Shown here one piece after another: positions 25,303 through 37,754 of a stretch of 64,000 nt of DNA; the first letter of the stretch is position 1; each line of letters begins with the position of its first letter. The notes under the pieces were generated by a model, which saw only the letters and a program-made list of their open reading frames with translations, made no database searches and had not been told where the DNA came from. Made by a program: the position numbers and the translations under genes. The DNA is from Paraspadella gotoi. Its lineage: Eukaryota; Animalia; Chaetognatha. The stretch is taken from NCBI GenBank assembly GCA_051294375.1, contig JBJCIZ010000810.1:85379-149378 (forward strand). Direction: 5' to 3'.

Positions 25303-25444
25303 AAAACTTAGTAATTTTTCAGGTCATATCAGCTTCAATATCTTATTTACAGTTTTTCATTTCATATCATTATGAACAATTTTCGTACATTTTCGTGTAA
25401 TTCAATATTTCTGTAAAATAATTAATATATTATGCGGAAGCTTT

Positions 25445-25667
25445 TGAAGAGACAGTGATTTTATATGGTTAATGACAGAACCGTTCAATATAACAGACCC
25501 TGAGCTTCGGATCAGGTGTAACACCTGTTACAAGCGAGGTTAAGCGCCCCGTCCCTCTTAACTGCAGGCGGCCACCGGGCTAGAACCCCGACCTTTGGTG
25601 TGGGGGCGAATGACTTGCCTCGAGCACCAATAGGCTCGCTGATGAACGTGGATTTTAGTCCACTATA
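25445..25667 (-). mobile_element. Solo LTR of the TRIM family at 49307-49966
   Basis: TGAAGAGACAGTGATT..GATTTTAGTCCACTATA colinear with both TRIM LTRs; no internal domain. Confidence 0.88.
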
Positions 25668-25713
25668 AAGCTATATTTTTCGGTCCTCTCGGAGTTTGAA
25701 CCAACCCGATTGG

Positions 25714-27866
25714 CTATTTAACCATTCCCGATTGGCTGTAGCTAAGATATTCAACCAACCTGATTGGCTGCGGCCAAAATATTCGTCCGCTTGGAATGAC
25801 GTCGAAAGTGGTCTTCATCGACAACGGCGCCGTCGTTCCGTAGTCGAAGGCGTATTTGAAATCGATAAGAACATTCTTCGCGTTGGAGCCTTTGGGGCGG
25901 TATATGTCATGTTTTAGTTGCGCCGCGAGTGCTCGCGGAGCAACTCTGTAAGTCACTTTTTGGTCGGACTGTCGGTATGTCTTTTTGCTGATAACTCGCC
26001 TATAGTTAGTTGCTCATTTGTTAAGACAGAAAAAACAAAACAAATCAAAGTGACTGCTAGCGCCGCCTTCGGAAATCCTAAAACTATAAAGAATAAAAGA
26101 CAGAATTCCTATTGAGTGCGTGTCATAAATACAAATACTATATAAAGAGGTTTGTTTCTAGTCATGTAGTAATGTGATCACAGGGAAATACTTGTGAAAA
26201 AAAAGTCACCGCGCCGCGACACATCACTAATTCACTATCCGCAACTGACTGAGGAAATGATCTTGGCCGAACTGATAGGGAGAATCTGCCCGTTATCTCT
26301 CTCTCTCTCTCTTTCCTCACCGCCCGCCACCCTCCAAGCCAGGGAAGCCACCCCCTTCAACTCCTTCTCCGACGTCAAGTGCTTGACGCTGAAGTCGGCG
26401 CCCGCAGCCCTGCTCTGTTGAACAGATGCAGCTCCTGCGGCAGATTAGACTTCGGCGTCGACGTGGACGCGCATGAACTCGTCGAGGGAGTGAACCGGAA
26501 GGGCGCAGCGCGCATCGTCACCTGGACGGAGCGGGATGTAATCGAAAAGGTAAACAATCATAATAACAGCAAAAAAATACGAAAACGATATCGAAACATT
26601 AAAAAACAGTAAAAAACGACTATAAAACAATAAAAATAAAGAAAGGTAAATCAAAAGACAAAACAAGCTTGAATAACCGACAAAAACCAAACAAAAAATA
26701 ATTCTAATTCAAACAAAAACAAACCAAAAAAATAAACAATGAAAAAACAAATCAAAACAAAACAAAAATGAAACATAACAAAAAAATAAATGAATGAACA
26801 AATAAACATCGACAACAAACCTAAACAAAAAAAAAAAAAACAAAACAAAGTATCATCAAAACAAAAGTAAACTAGATCAAAACAAAACAAAGCCTAAACA
26901 AAAAAAAAAAAAACAAAAAAAAAAAAAACAAAGAACAAAAAAGAACAAAGAACTCTGCTTCAAATTACCCACTCACCGCCAAAAAATCGAGGCGGGAAAT
27001 TTGAGAAAATGTGGGAAGAAAATCTCTGCTTCTCGAGACGAAATCCTGACGAAATGAAGTAAGTGAAGGCAACGACGACGTTGCTCTCGGAAATGGGCGG
27101 CGCCGCCGCGTCGGCGTCCGGCGTCGGCTGATTGGTCCGCTGACGCAGCTGGCGATTTTTTTTTTTTGGGGGGGGGGAGATGATGAGGGGAAATCGGAAA
27201 TTCTGTTTTTTAGTCTTTTTACTTTTTTTTTTTGGGAGGGGGGGGCTATCTATATAAATTTCTGTCTTTTTTTCCCCTTTTTTTTAGACTATCCGTTTTG
27301 TTTTATTATATTTATTTCTTTATATTTCCTCTGCTTTGTTCTTCATATTTTTTAAAAACTTTTTATTTTTATCATAATTTTTTTTTTAAATCGCATTTTT
27401 TTATGTCCCTGTTTTTTTTTTCTCTTCTTTCTTTTTTTCCCCTTTTCTTCCCTCATACTACTTTCCTTTTTTTTTTGGGGGGGGGTATGTAATCTTTCCT
27501 CTTTTTTTTTCTTTCTTTTTCTTTTCTTCTTTTTCTCCTTTCCTTCCTCCTTCCTCCCTCTTTACCCTCCTTTTCCTCCTCTTCCTTCTCTTCTCTTTCC
27601 TCCGCGTTTCTTATTGACGTTCAAAAAGTCTTTATTTTTCGTTGGTTCTCTGTCGAATCAACGAAGAAAACTTGTCAAATGTAACTTGTGACCTTATAAA
27701 ATTATAAAACTCGTAAAATGTAACTTGTGACCTTATAAAATTATAAAACTCGTAAAATGTAACTTGTAACTTAAAAAAATTTATAAAACTCGTAAAAAGT
27801 AACTATAAAATTAATAAAACTCCGTAAAATGTACCCAACCTAATTTTTACATTAAAAATTCAAGTT

Positions 27867-27942
<76 letters not shown>

Positions 27943-28223
27943 GTCTTCTGAAGGACGATGTTTAATTGTAACTAATGTTGATCCTTGAAAATAAAAAAAC
28001 AAACTCGTTGTCTGAAAATAAACAAAAATTAAACAATTCGCTTAATTCTACTGTAAATAATTTAACAAAATATAAAAGTTAAAAGCATTATCAAGTAGTC
28101 GGACATTTTGGGACAGTTGAGCATGCTGCCGCGCTCGTTATCGTTGGCCGTAAACTCTCCCAGGTGAGGATAGAAGCTGCTGCAAATGCTGTGGCGGGAA
28201 TCTTCCTCGATCAACTCGAGTTT
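25714..28223 (-). CDS. Spliced host gene or pseudogene fragment, unknown product; exons ~28223-28091, 27045-26977, 26521-26321, 25889-(25760 or 25714)
   Basis: Pyrimidine tract-AG acceptors, GTGAGT/GTGAGG donors, consistent phase-1 junctions (69- and 201-nt internal exons), GC3 bias. One in-frame stop and one non-canonical donor, possibly read errors. Confidence 0.55.
25912..26295 (+). mobile_element. HINE-like family B element
   Basis: TTTTAGTTGCG..GCAACTCT terminal hairpin, GTCGG repeats, 3' subTIR CGCAACT (26240-26246). Confidence 0.55.
27678..27832. repeat. 38-bp tandem repeat (~4 units)
   Basis: AAATGTAACTTGTGACCTTATAAAATTATAAAACTCGT repeated. Confidence 0.85.
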
Positions 28224-28334
28224 CTGAAGGTGAGGAGAGGTGAGTGGCGAGTGAGAGGAAAAAAATTAGGTCCGTTCAACGTTGTTGCGCCGCAGCGGTT
28301 TCTTTTTTTTTCACGTGGATTTCCCTGCATTGCA

Positions 28335-28787
28335 AGACCGACCGACCGACCGACCGACCGACCGACCGACGACCGACCGACCGACCGACCGGACCGACCG
28401 ACCGACCGACCGACCGACCGACCGACCGACCGACCGACCGACCGACCGACGAGCCGACCGACCGACCGACGACCGACCGACCGACCGACCGACCGACCGA
28501 TCCGCCGATCCGACCGACCGACACGACCGACCGACCGACCGACCGACCCGACCGACCGACCCGACCGACCGACCGACCGACGACCGACCGACCGGACCGA
28601 CCGACCGACCGACCGACCGAACCGACCGACCGACCGACCCGACCGACCGACCGACCGACCGACCGACCGACCGACCGACCGACCGACCGACCGACCGACC
28701 GACCGACCGACCGACCGACGACCGACGACCGACCTCGAAAAGTGAATTATAGAGTTGCTCAAAGAGTTCTCGTGACGCAACTAAAAA
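28335..28787 (-). mobile_element. HINE-like family B 5' end with expanded (GGTC)n microsatellite (~400 bp)
   Basis: Reverse complement TTTTTAGTTGCG..GCAACTCTATAATTCACTTTT homologous to 25912-25960, followed by (GTCG)n. Confidence 0.65.
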
Positions 28788-28882
28788 TAAGTGAGCGGCA
28801 GAAAGAGAGAGTTATTAAAGATAACAAGAGAAGAAGAGATGGAGAGAGAGAGAGAGANNNNNNNNNNNNNNNNNNNNNNNNN

Positions 28883-29916
28883 TATTATTTTCTTAAATTA
28901 TATTATTTTCTTCCTTATTTTAATTCAGTTGCTGCCTCTTCTGAACCATTTATAAACGAGTTCCAGAGCTCTGGATGTTGATTGTACAAGCTGCCTCCAG
29001 CGGTGTCCTAGTTTCTCTCTTTCTCTATCTCTGTCTCCTCTCTGTCTCTCTCTCTCTGTCTCTGTCTCTCTCCTCTCTCGTACGATCTCTTGCGGTGATC
29101 GTTTTATTGAAAAAATTTTGAATTATTTTTTTCCTTTTAAAACTTTTATTATCGCCATTTATTCCAGCGATTTTTTCTAATTGCAAAATCCCAAATTTTA
29201 CATCCGAGATTTCGTGATTTATTCTCTTTCTTTCTATCTCTCTCTCTCTTTCTCTCATACACGCATTTGTTTGTTTTATTTATGATGAATGATGATTATT
29301 TAATGATGCGTCCATAATGAATCATCATCAATGATGCAATGGATCTAATCAATCGTATCAATGAAATGACTATCATACGCATCAATCATTTGGTTATTAT
29401 ACATCAATCATTTTGGTTATCATCACATCGATCATTTGCTTATCATCGCCATTTAGGCGAGATCCTATTCTTTTAAGATTTTTTCTAATACTTTCGGCCA
29501 AGGGACTTTTTCCTCAATAAACATTATCGTTGCGATATGCATTCTTCTTCAGGTTTCAGTATTAGAGAATTTTGGTTTAGAATTATGTTGTCATTAGTAG
29601 AGAGTGTGGACACGACCGGAAAGCGTAAGCGCACACTGTGGAAGGGAGCCGATTTTGAAGAACCCGAAAACCGGAGCGAATAGAAAAATTGAGAATAAAG
29701 GATTCGACCCGGAAGCTGATAATAACCCTGCGTGTTTCGCTTCCTGGTCATTTGTTTTTATTGGTGTTAGAAATGAAAGGTATTTAATGTATTAAAATCT
29801 TTGGCAACCCCCTGCTCTTTCTTGATTTTTCTTTTAAAATTTGTTTTTAATATTTATTTTCAACATTTAAAAATTTTTTCTAATTTTTTTATTCAATTTT
29901 TCTTATTCTCTTCTTT
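28883..29916 (+). repeat. Duplicate of 19010-20023 (left flank of Gypsy)
   Basis: Colinear with scattered single-base indels; starts after a 25-N gap. Confidence 0.9.
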
Positions 29917-32900
29917 TGGTGACAACAACAACGACAACAACAACAACCTTAACGACTCTTAAACTTACCTAAATCGTGACCTACGACTTAAGGTCAAATA
30001 GTTAATTGACCACTAGATTCGTTTCGACTCTTATTGTTATTTTTACTATTGTCTTTTCTCTTTTTGTTATTGTCGTTTTTCTCTCTGAAAATGATTTTGA
30101 TCATTACATGTTGTAAATAAATTCGTGAAACGTCTTCTTATTTTCTTCTTTAAATTCCTATCAAGTCATTTACCAAAGTGGTAAGCCCGACGAAAACCAA
30201 GCAAAAGAACACGCAACCTTCTATCAAAAACTAATTAAAGACTGCTCTCTTCACGAATCTCTAACGCCATCGACATGGAAGAGCGCGCCCGTAGTGGCTC
30301 CGGCCGCGGTCGCGTCGCGACTGCTCCCGACGCCCCCGGACATGTTGGACACTCTGGCGGCCCACCCGCTGGCGCCGTTCGCCCCCTGATGCCTGGACCC
30401 CGGCGCTGGACTCCACATGCAAAACCTTGTCGCCGGCGCCGAAAACCGTCTCGCTGGCCACCTCGAGTTGCTCCTCCAAGCTGCTCTGGCCCCAATCACC
30501 ATTGGCCTTCAATCCCTCCGCGAAGAAGTCACACGATCTAGGCGCAGACCTTCCGCAAGCACTGCCGTCGCCTCGCCCGTGCAACGGCACCAAAACGCCC
30601 TCGCCTAGAAATACCGGCGGCGACGCCGCGTCTGTCCCAGGGCGCCGCGCTGCTCCTTCCATGCTGCCAACTGGAACTTCCCCAGTTGTCTCAATGCCTG
30701 GAACGCCGGGTACTTGCCGCCCCAATCCACATCGGCGCCGCGCTTCCGCGCCCACCCAAAATGTTCCAGCTGCCAACCGCGAGTCTATGGATACATCGGA
30801 ACGCATTTCACCTTCCCAACTTTCCCAGTGCCCCCGCCTCCACCTCCGCCCCGCCCACGCACGCCAAAGCTCCCACCGTTTGATCCAGCCAATGTCAAGA
30901 TCTGGATAGCTGCTTCAGAAGCGGCGTTTGGCGTCGCTGGCGTCGACGACACCCACGCCAAAGCTAGTCATGTTTTCGCGACTATCCCTTCTGAGCATCA
31001 GGTCCTATTCGAGGACCTCTACCAACCTGGCCGTCGCCCTACATTCGAGACTGTCAAAGAAAGGCTTTTCTCACTCTTTGGTGAGAAGAAGAGGCAACTC
31101 GCGGCCCGCGCTCTCAAACCCCAACCTCTCAATGGACGAACCCCATCTCAGCTCGCCACCATATTGGAATCGACTTTCCGTGAACTCGACATGCAAACTC
31201 TCTTCAAAGAAATGTTGGCAAACGCCCTTCCTCCTCATGTAAGAAGCGTCGCCATTACTGACTCAAACTCCCTCAAAGATGCTGCTGAAGCCGCTGACGC
31301 GTTTTACGACAACGCCGTAATCTCGTTGTCAAACCTCCTAACAGCTCAATCACCTCGGTGCATGCTGTATGGCCGACACCGAAACCAGCGAGGACCACCA
31401 CGACGACGATGAACTCCCACGCTCATACGCTGAAGTATGTGCCATTGGTGCCTCAGCTCGTTCATCTCTGCGCAACGACCGAAAGCGTGTCCGCATCAAC
31501 AAACCCTCAATGCAACGAAGTGCCCGAAATCCAGACGCTCCAGCGGCACACTCTGCTGGTTCCACTGGCAATTTGGAGATGAGGCCAGGAAGTGTCGTAA
31601 CCATGCAGCCGGGGAAACGAGAGAGCCGGCGGCCGGAAGTAAGCGCTGCCGCCGGCGAAATCGAAAACCTGCTTCACGTCCGCGATAACGCCAACGGCCT
31701 CACATGGCTAGTGGATACGGGCGCCAGCGTCTCTCTCGTCGCTCCAAACTCTGCAGAGCAAACATTGGACCAACCGCCACGCCCCTCCATGCCGCCAACG
31801 GGTTCCCATTCCATGTTAGGCCACCGAAAGATGACGATTCGATTAGGTCGACGCAAATTCACATGGGATTTCGTTATCGCAGATGTCTCTACGCCCATCT
31901 TAGGAAACGACTTCCTGATGGAGTACGACCTCGCGCCTTTCCCGAAAATGAAGGTGTTGGTCGACTGCAAAGATTTTTCACTGTCCCGGAAAAATTCGCC
32001 AAGGGCGCCCATTTCGTGTAAACACCGTTCACAATGTCTACACCCAGATGCTCGATGCACGGCCAGGACTGACAACGCCCTCCTTCGACCCATCAACCCC
32101 CAACACGGAGTTGAACACTTCATACCTACGGAGGGACCACCAGTTCACGCACAAGCCCGCCGTTAGCCCACAAAAGCTCGGGCGGTAAAAGCCGAGTTTG
32201 AAAAGCTGGAGAAGCTGGGCATCATCAGGCGGAGTCGCAGTGCTTGGGCTTCTCCCCTCATGTCGTAAGAAGCCCGATGGCAGCCTGCGAGCATGCGGTG
32301 ACTATCGGCGTCTCAACACTGTCACCAAAGATGACCGATACCCAATAAGGCACATCGCCGACTTCAACGCCAGATTGCGGGCAAAAAGGTCTTTTCAAAA
32401 ATTGATCTTTTCAAGGGGTACCATCAAATCCCCGTCCACCCAGCTCACGTTAAGAAGACGGCCATCATCACACCATTGGATCATGGGAATACCTCCGCAC
32501 CCCATTCGGCCTCAAAAATGCAGCACAGGATTTCCAACGCATGATGGATGCAATCCTGCAGGGCATCCCTCATGTGTTTGTATACTTAGACGACATTCTC
32601 GTTGCTTCCGCATCACAGGAGCAACACATAGAGGATGTCAAACGAGTCTTCGATGCCCTCGAAAAAAACGGCCTCATAGTGAACAGGGCAAAGTGTGTTT
32701 TTGGCGCCTCATCACTGGAGTTCCTTGGATACCAAGTTGATGCCCGCGGGTAAAGCCATTGCCATCTCGCGTTGCTGACATCCGCAATTTTCCGACCCCA
32801 ACGACCATTAAGGAACTCCAGCGTTTCCTCGAGTCCTGAACTATTACAGACTTCATGCGCCATGCGCCCACATCCTCGAGCCCCTCTACGACTCACTCCG

Positions 32901-33027
32901 AGGCAAGCCAAACGACTGCAATGGACAGAAAAACATGAGCGGCATTCCAGGCAGCCAAAAACCTCCTCGCAGACGCCACCCTTCTTGTGCACCCAATCGA
33001 CGGCGCGCCGCTTGCCCTAAGGTCGAT
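29917..33027 (+). mobile_element. Second, 3'-truncated copy of the CsRn1-like Gypsy (LTR 29917-30175, PBS 30179-30192, gag, PR, RT)
   Basis: Near-identical to 20024-23130 with the same upstream flank; LVDTGASVS, YLDD; breaks off early in RNase H. Confidence 0.93.
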
Positions 33028-33386
33028 TAATTAATTGAATAAAAATAAATTATTTAATTAATTACATATTATTAATTAAAATAATACTTGTACTTTGTGA
33101 GCCGTAGTACAGTAGTGGTCAATAAGAATGACCTGTTTTTACCCATCTTGTTATGGATGACCTTTTCTCAGCCAATGTAAATACTAGTTGTTGTTATTGA
33201 TTTTTATCATTTTTACTTTTTTACTGTTTTTGACAATACCAGGTTTTCTTTATCACAAAAAACACGCCTCAAATTTTTTTATAAATTTGTTTTGAGTCAC
33301 CGCAAAACATTATAAAAATATTTCAATTAATTAATTTAGAGAAAGCAAAGAATTTTGAATTTGTAACAACGATTTTTAATTAATAG

Positions 33387-33430
33387 TTGGACATGTTTCG
33401 GTTTGTTTACTTCAAGCCTTCATCAGCATA
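33387..33430 (-). ncRNA. Minimal type I hammerhead ribozyme-like motif (Penelope-type)
   Basis: Reverse complement TG-CTGATGA-AGGCTTG..CAAACC-GAAA-CATG-TC-CA: core, stem II and palindromic CATG loop; stem I only 2 bp. Confidence 0.55.
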
Positions 33431-34503
33431 TGACATTCAATAATAAATTTGTGTAAACGAAGAGTGTGAGAGAGAGAGAGAGAGAGGGTAAAATTTTTTC
33501 CAACAAAGTGGTGAGAACAGAATAGTGGTCAGATGTGAGGACAGGTTGAAGGTAAGGGCAGATTGTGTGAGTTGTGAAAAGAAGAAACTTGTTAAAGAGA
33601 GGAGAGAGAGTGAGAGAGAGAGAGAGAGAGAGAAACAAAACAACAGGGATAAATAAATAATAAAGATACATTTTTTGCAATGTCCAACAAAGATAAAGGA
33701 GTTTAATTAATTGAATAATTAATGATGGCAACCACGACAATGATAATACCGACGATGACAAATTGATTGCTTAATTTTTTGATTGATTGATTGAATATTT
33801 GATTAATTGATTGAATAATTAATTAACTGATCAGTTCTGGCACTGTTAGCTCAAACTTGTTTGTTTTTTGTCTTTTCATTATGACAAAAGAAATGACTAC
33901 CCTGATGATGATTATGATGACAACAAGGATAGCACCATTATGATTAATTGAATGATTGATTGATCAAAATAAAATAAATTCATATCAGGCCTGTTAATTT
34001 TTAGGTCTTTTTGTCAGGTCACTGACCAGGACAAAAGCAACAAACGATGTTGGAGATGACAATGATAATACTGACATTGTTTAATTGATTGATTAATTAA
34101 TTGATTAATTAATTAATTGATTCTTTTAATAATTTATTGATAAATAAATTTATTAATTAGTTGATTGATAAATAATTGATTATTTAATTGATTGATTGAT
34201 AAAAAAATTGATTCATTAATTTTTTAAGTGATTTTGATTGATTAGTTGTTTAGTTAATTAATTGATTGATTAATTAATTGATTAATTGAATAATTAATGC
34301 AGCTTATATTTATATCTAATAAAAAAGAAAAAAGCAAATAGGGAAAAAGGTTTTTTGTTTTTTTTTTTCATTTAAACTCATTTCCACTCGAACGATTCTT
34401 ACAATCTTACAAATCTTACAATTTTTCATAGTAAAAATTTCACTTGTTAATTGTTACCAAAAAAGATTGTTTAAAATTATAAATAATAACAAATGTAAAA
34501 TTT

Positions 34504-35468
34504 CTAAAGAAAGGAAGCGATGTGCACTCGAAACCGAAAGCGATCCGGGCTAAAAAAGTAAGGATTGCACCTGAAAACGGGAGCGGGAGGGGTCTTGGAA
34601 GCGCCGGATTGCAGCGGCGGAAAAATCGATCGCTTCCACATCTCTGGTTTGAACGCCGTTAGAACGCTTGTGATGGCCTTCATCACACATCTCTTTGCGA
34701 GGCTTTCATGGACGAACAAAGCTTCCGGAAAAGTCCGGATTATGCGATGTGGATGGCGATGACGAAGACAACTTCATCGTCCTTCACAAAAAAAGTTAAA
34801 TTCCCTTGATAATTTACGAGTTCTTATTTCTGCTCAGTTGAAGTTTTTGCAGAGGTATCAAACTCAAACAAAATTGGATCGACGACTCGAGTAAAATACG
34901 CCTGAAGCAGAATGGAACTCTCTCATTGGCCAGGAGACAAATGGCACCAGCCAATGATAGGATAGGCTTCCATCCGCCAAGGATTTCTGCCCTTACCTCC
35001 GATCCGATGGCACTGTATAAATTGGCACCAAAATTATATTGATTCACTCTGAATAGAAATTGACACCGTCTTTTTTACTGTCTATTTTCTGAGAATAAAA
35101 TTCCACTTTAGTCTCTAACTGGGTCTGACTGGGTCTAACTGGGTCTGACGTCTAGCAAAAACGGAAAGGAATGGGAAGAGAATAAATGTATTTGGAAATT
35201 GGGATCTATACTTATATCGAAAATGTATATAATGGTCCAAAAAAATTGAGAGAGAAAGATTCTGAGAGAAAGGAGAGATGGACTGAACGTAAACTTGAAC
35301 GCGACCCTGAATCCCCGTGAGGAGATGAGGAGGGAGGAGTAAAAGAGAGAGAAGAGGAACTGCAGACTCGCGTCGTTCTACCGTCCTTCGATTCTGTTGG
35401 TTTCATATCGAATCCCTGTCTATTCTTAAACCTCTTGTCACCAGTGAAATCGTCCTCGCAACAAATAT
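34504..35468 (-). CDS. Possible spliced coding fragment, unknown product (duplicated ~42160-43130)
   Basis: Exon-like blocks 35048-34997 (TTCAG..GAG|GTAAGG) and 34901-34818 (CTTCAG..|GTAAAT) join as VNQYNFGANLYSAIGSE-AYFTRVVDPILFEFD; no recognisable domain. Confidence 0.3.
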
Positions 35469-37163
35469 CTACACAAATGATGTGATTAATAATGAAAATT
35501 ATTAAAGGATTTAAAGTATTATCCTTCACGTCATTCAGGAAAAAATTATTTTATTAAAATTTTAGTACAGATCAGGGAAGATTTTATTTATAAACTTTGC
35601 TGAGGTTGAATCGATGTTTTACCAAGAAACGGTTATATTTTTATTCGTTTTTATGACCGAATCACGATCGTCAGTCTGAATTTGTTTCTACGAGTTTTTA
35701 AACCCTGTTTTTTACTGTTTTCTTTCATTAAACATACGTTTTGAAACTCATCGACTCATTTTTGAGGACGCTTGAACGTTAGAATAATTATTCAGAAAAG
35801 AGAGAGAGAGAGAGAGAGAGGGAGAAAGAAAGAGTGAAAGAAGTCGATTGTATGTCCGTAAAATTTTGTTACGGTCAGGGGCTTTATTTATTTTTTTTCA
35901 CAGCTTATTCTCTCTTTGATATTGTTCATAAATCTTAATGTATTGCTTTAAATACGTACAATTTCCATTGCTTAACTGAGAACCACTTTAAAATAAAATA
36001 AACACTAAAATTCGATGGTCACGTGACCAATTCCACCAATCACAGATCGCAATGAAATTCTTTTAAAAATTGTTAAATCTGCATCTGCAGTAGATCCTGA
36101 ATATTTTTTGGGAAATTTTTTTGTCAAATCAAATAAAACTACATTTGGTAAAGGAATCACCGACAGGCAACATATTTTGAAAAATTATATATGCATATGA
36201 TCCGCCCTAAATAAACAATCTATTCGAATCCAGCGAAATTATTTCCCTGCGACGTTAGAAGCAGCTGAACTATTCTAATCGTCTTAGCGCCTTGTCACTC
36301 ACGTTGTCACGACCTTCGCCACGCTGTGGTGCTACTCCGTGTCATGCAACAGGTCAGGGATTAGAAACGGATTAATAATATAACATTTAAAATTTGTTTC
36401 ATTTTTCAATGTAATTATTTTAATTGGCAAGATAATTTAAAAAAGGCCAGATAAAAGAAAAAAGTTGGCAGTAATTAAAATGATGCTCATTTACATTCAA
36501 GTTTGAAGGCATAATTTGGTTGATAATATCTAATCAAATCAAAACAAACAAAAATAATAAGGATTCAAATGTTAACCAGATGTGACAAAGTTATTTTGAA
36601 AAAAACGAATAGTATAAGTTTATCAATTACACAAATATTTATTTAAAAAAAAATATTAATATGCTATTTCCAAGAAATATCGTCTCCTTCCTTCTCCAGT
36701 TAGTAAATTACGCACAATGTAATAAAACTATTAATTAATTTTATTAGCCTGTGCGTAATTTACAACTAATCCTCGCCTCCCACCCTCTGTCCTGACCCCA
36801 TTCAAACTTACCCCCTCCTCTCTTCTTCTCTCCTTTTCTCAATCTTGTCCTCACCCAAAATCGACCCGCTTTATACTCTCATCGAGGTTAAACGTCTCTC
36901 TTTCACCCCCCCCCATCCCCAAGTGAGGTTCGAGGGGACGGATTTCCTAGCTTATCGTCGTTGTCGTTGTCGTCGTTGTCGTTGTCGTCGTTGGTATCGT
37001 CGTTGCTGCTGTTTTAAATACTTTTATACATTTGTTTTTTCAATATCAATTAATGTTTTTATCGTTTTGTTTATCCCGCTTACCAAATATAATATTTGTT
37101 AAACAAAATATATATATATTTTTTATATTTTTTTATAATTGGAGATACTGTTTTAGTTTTAGT

Positions 37164-37253
37164 CAGATATTTCGACATATATTTTCTATGTCATCATCGT
37201 TGGTAGAAAAATAACCACTGATGATGACAGGAAATATATGTCAAAATTTCTGG
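37164..37253. ncRNA. Divergent inverted pair of degenerate minimal hammerhead motifs
   Basis: Plus: CCA-CTGATGA-TGACA..TGTC-AAAA-TTTC-TGG. Minus: CCA-ACGATGA-TGACAT..ATGTC-GAAA-TATC-TG. Copy at ~44814-44901. Confidence 0.45.
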
Positions 37254-37754
37254 AAATAATCTCTTATTTTTCCTTCTAGCACATTACTCATCTCCCATTA
37301 TAAAAATTGTAAACTTCGTGTGCTGGTGATGACGTTGAAAAAAAAATATACTAATAAATATTCCATATTATTCCTGTTGAAACGTAGTAGCTCTGGCGTA
37401 TTCCCGCTCGAGCGCCAACGATGGGACCTTCCTCGTCACTTGCGCCATCTAATTATCTTCGATCAGATTCATCTTCTTCGTCGTAATCGTTCGTCATCGT
37501 CATCGACATCTCGTCATATTATTCGTTCGGCCTTTCCTGTCACGCCCCCTCCCCCACCGAGAAATGACCGTAATGAGAAGAATAATTCTTTTTACCGTCA
37601 CTTATTGGTCCACGCTTCCCGCCATCACCCGTTCCAAAGGTCACCTCAAGGAGCGACATCTCCATCTCTCTCCCGCCAAAACGTTTGTGTCCAAATCGGT
37701 GACGAGAAGTCATTCACCGAAGCCTAAATCCATTATGGATCTTCGAAGAGGGAA

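Noticed and set aside
26343-26550. Plus-strand exon reading (..VDVDAHELVEG..VIEK|GTAAAC)
   Set aside because: Looks like the antisense shadow; the minus-strand model has consistent phases over several exons.
28164-28981. Long PTDR/SVGR repeat ORFs
   Set aside because: Stop-free translations of the (GACC)n microsatellite.
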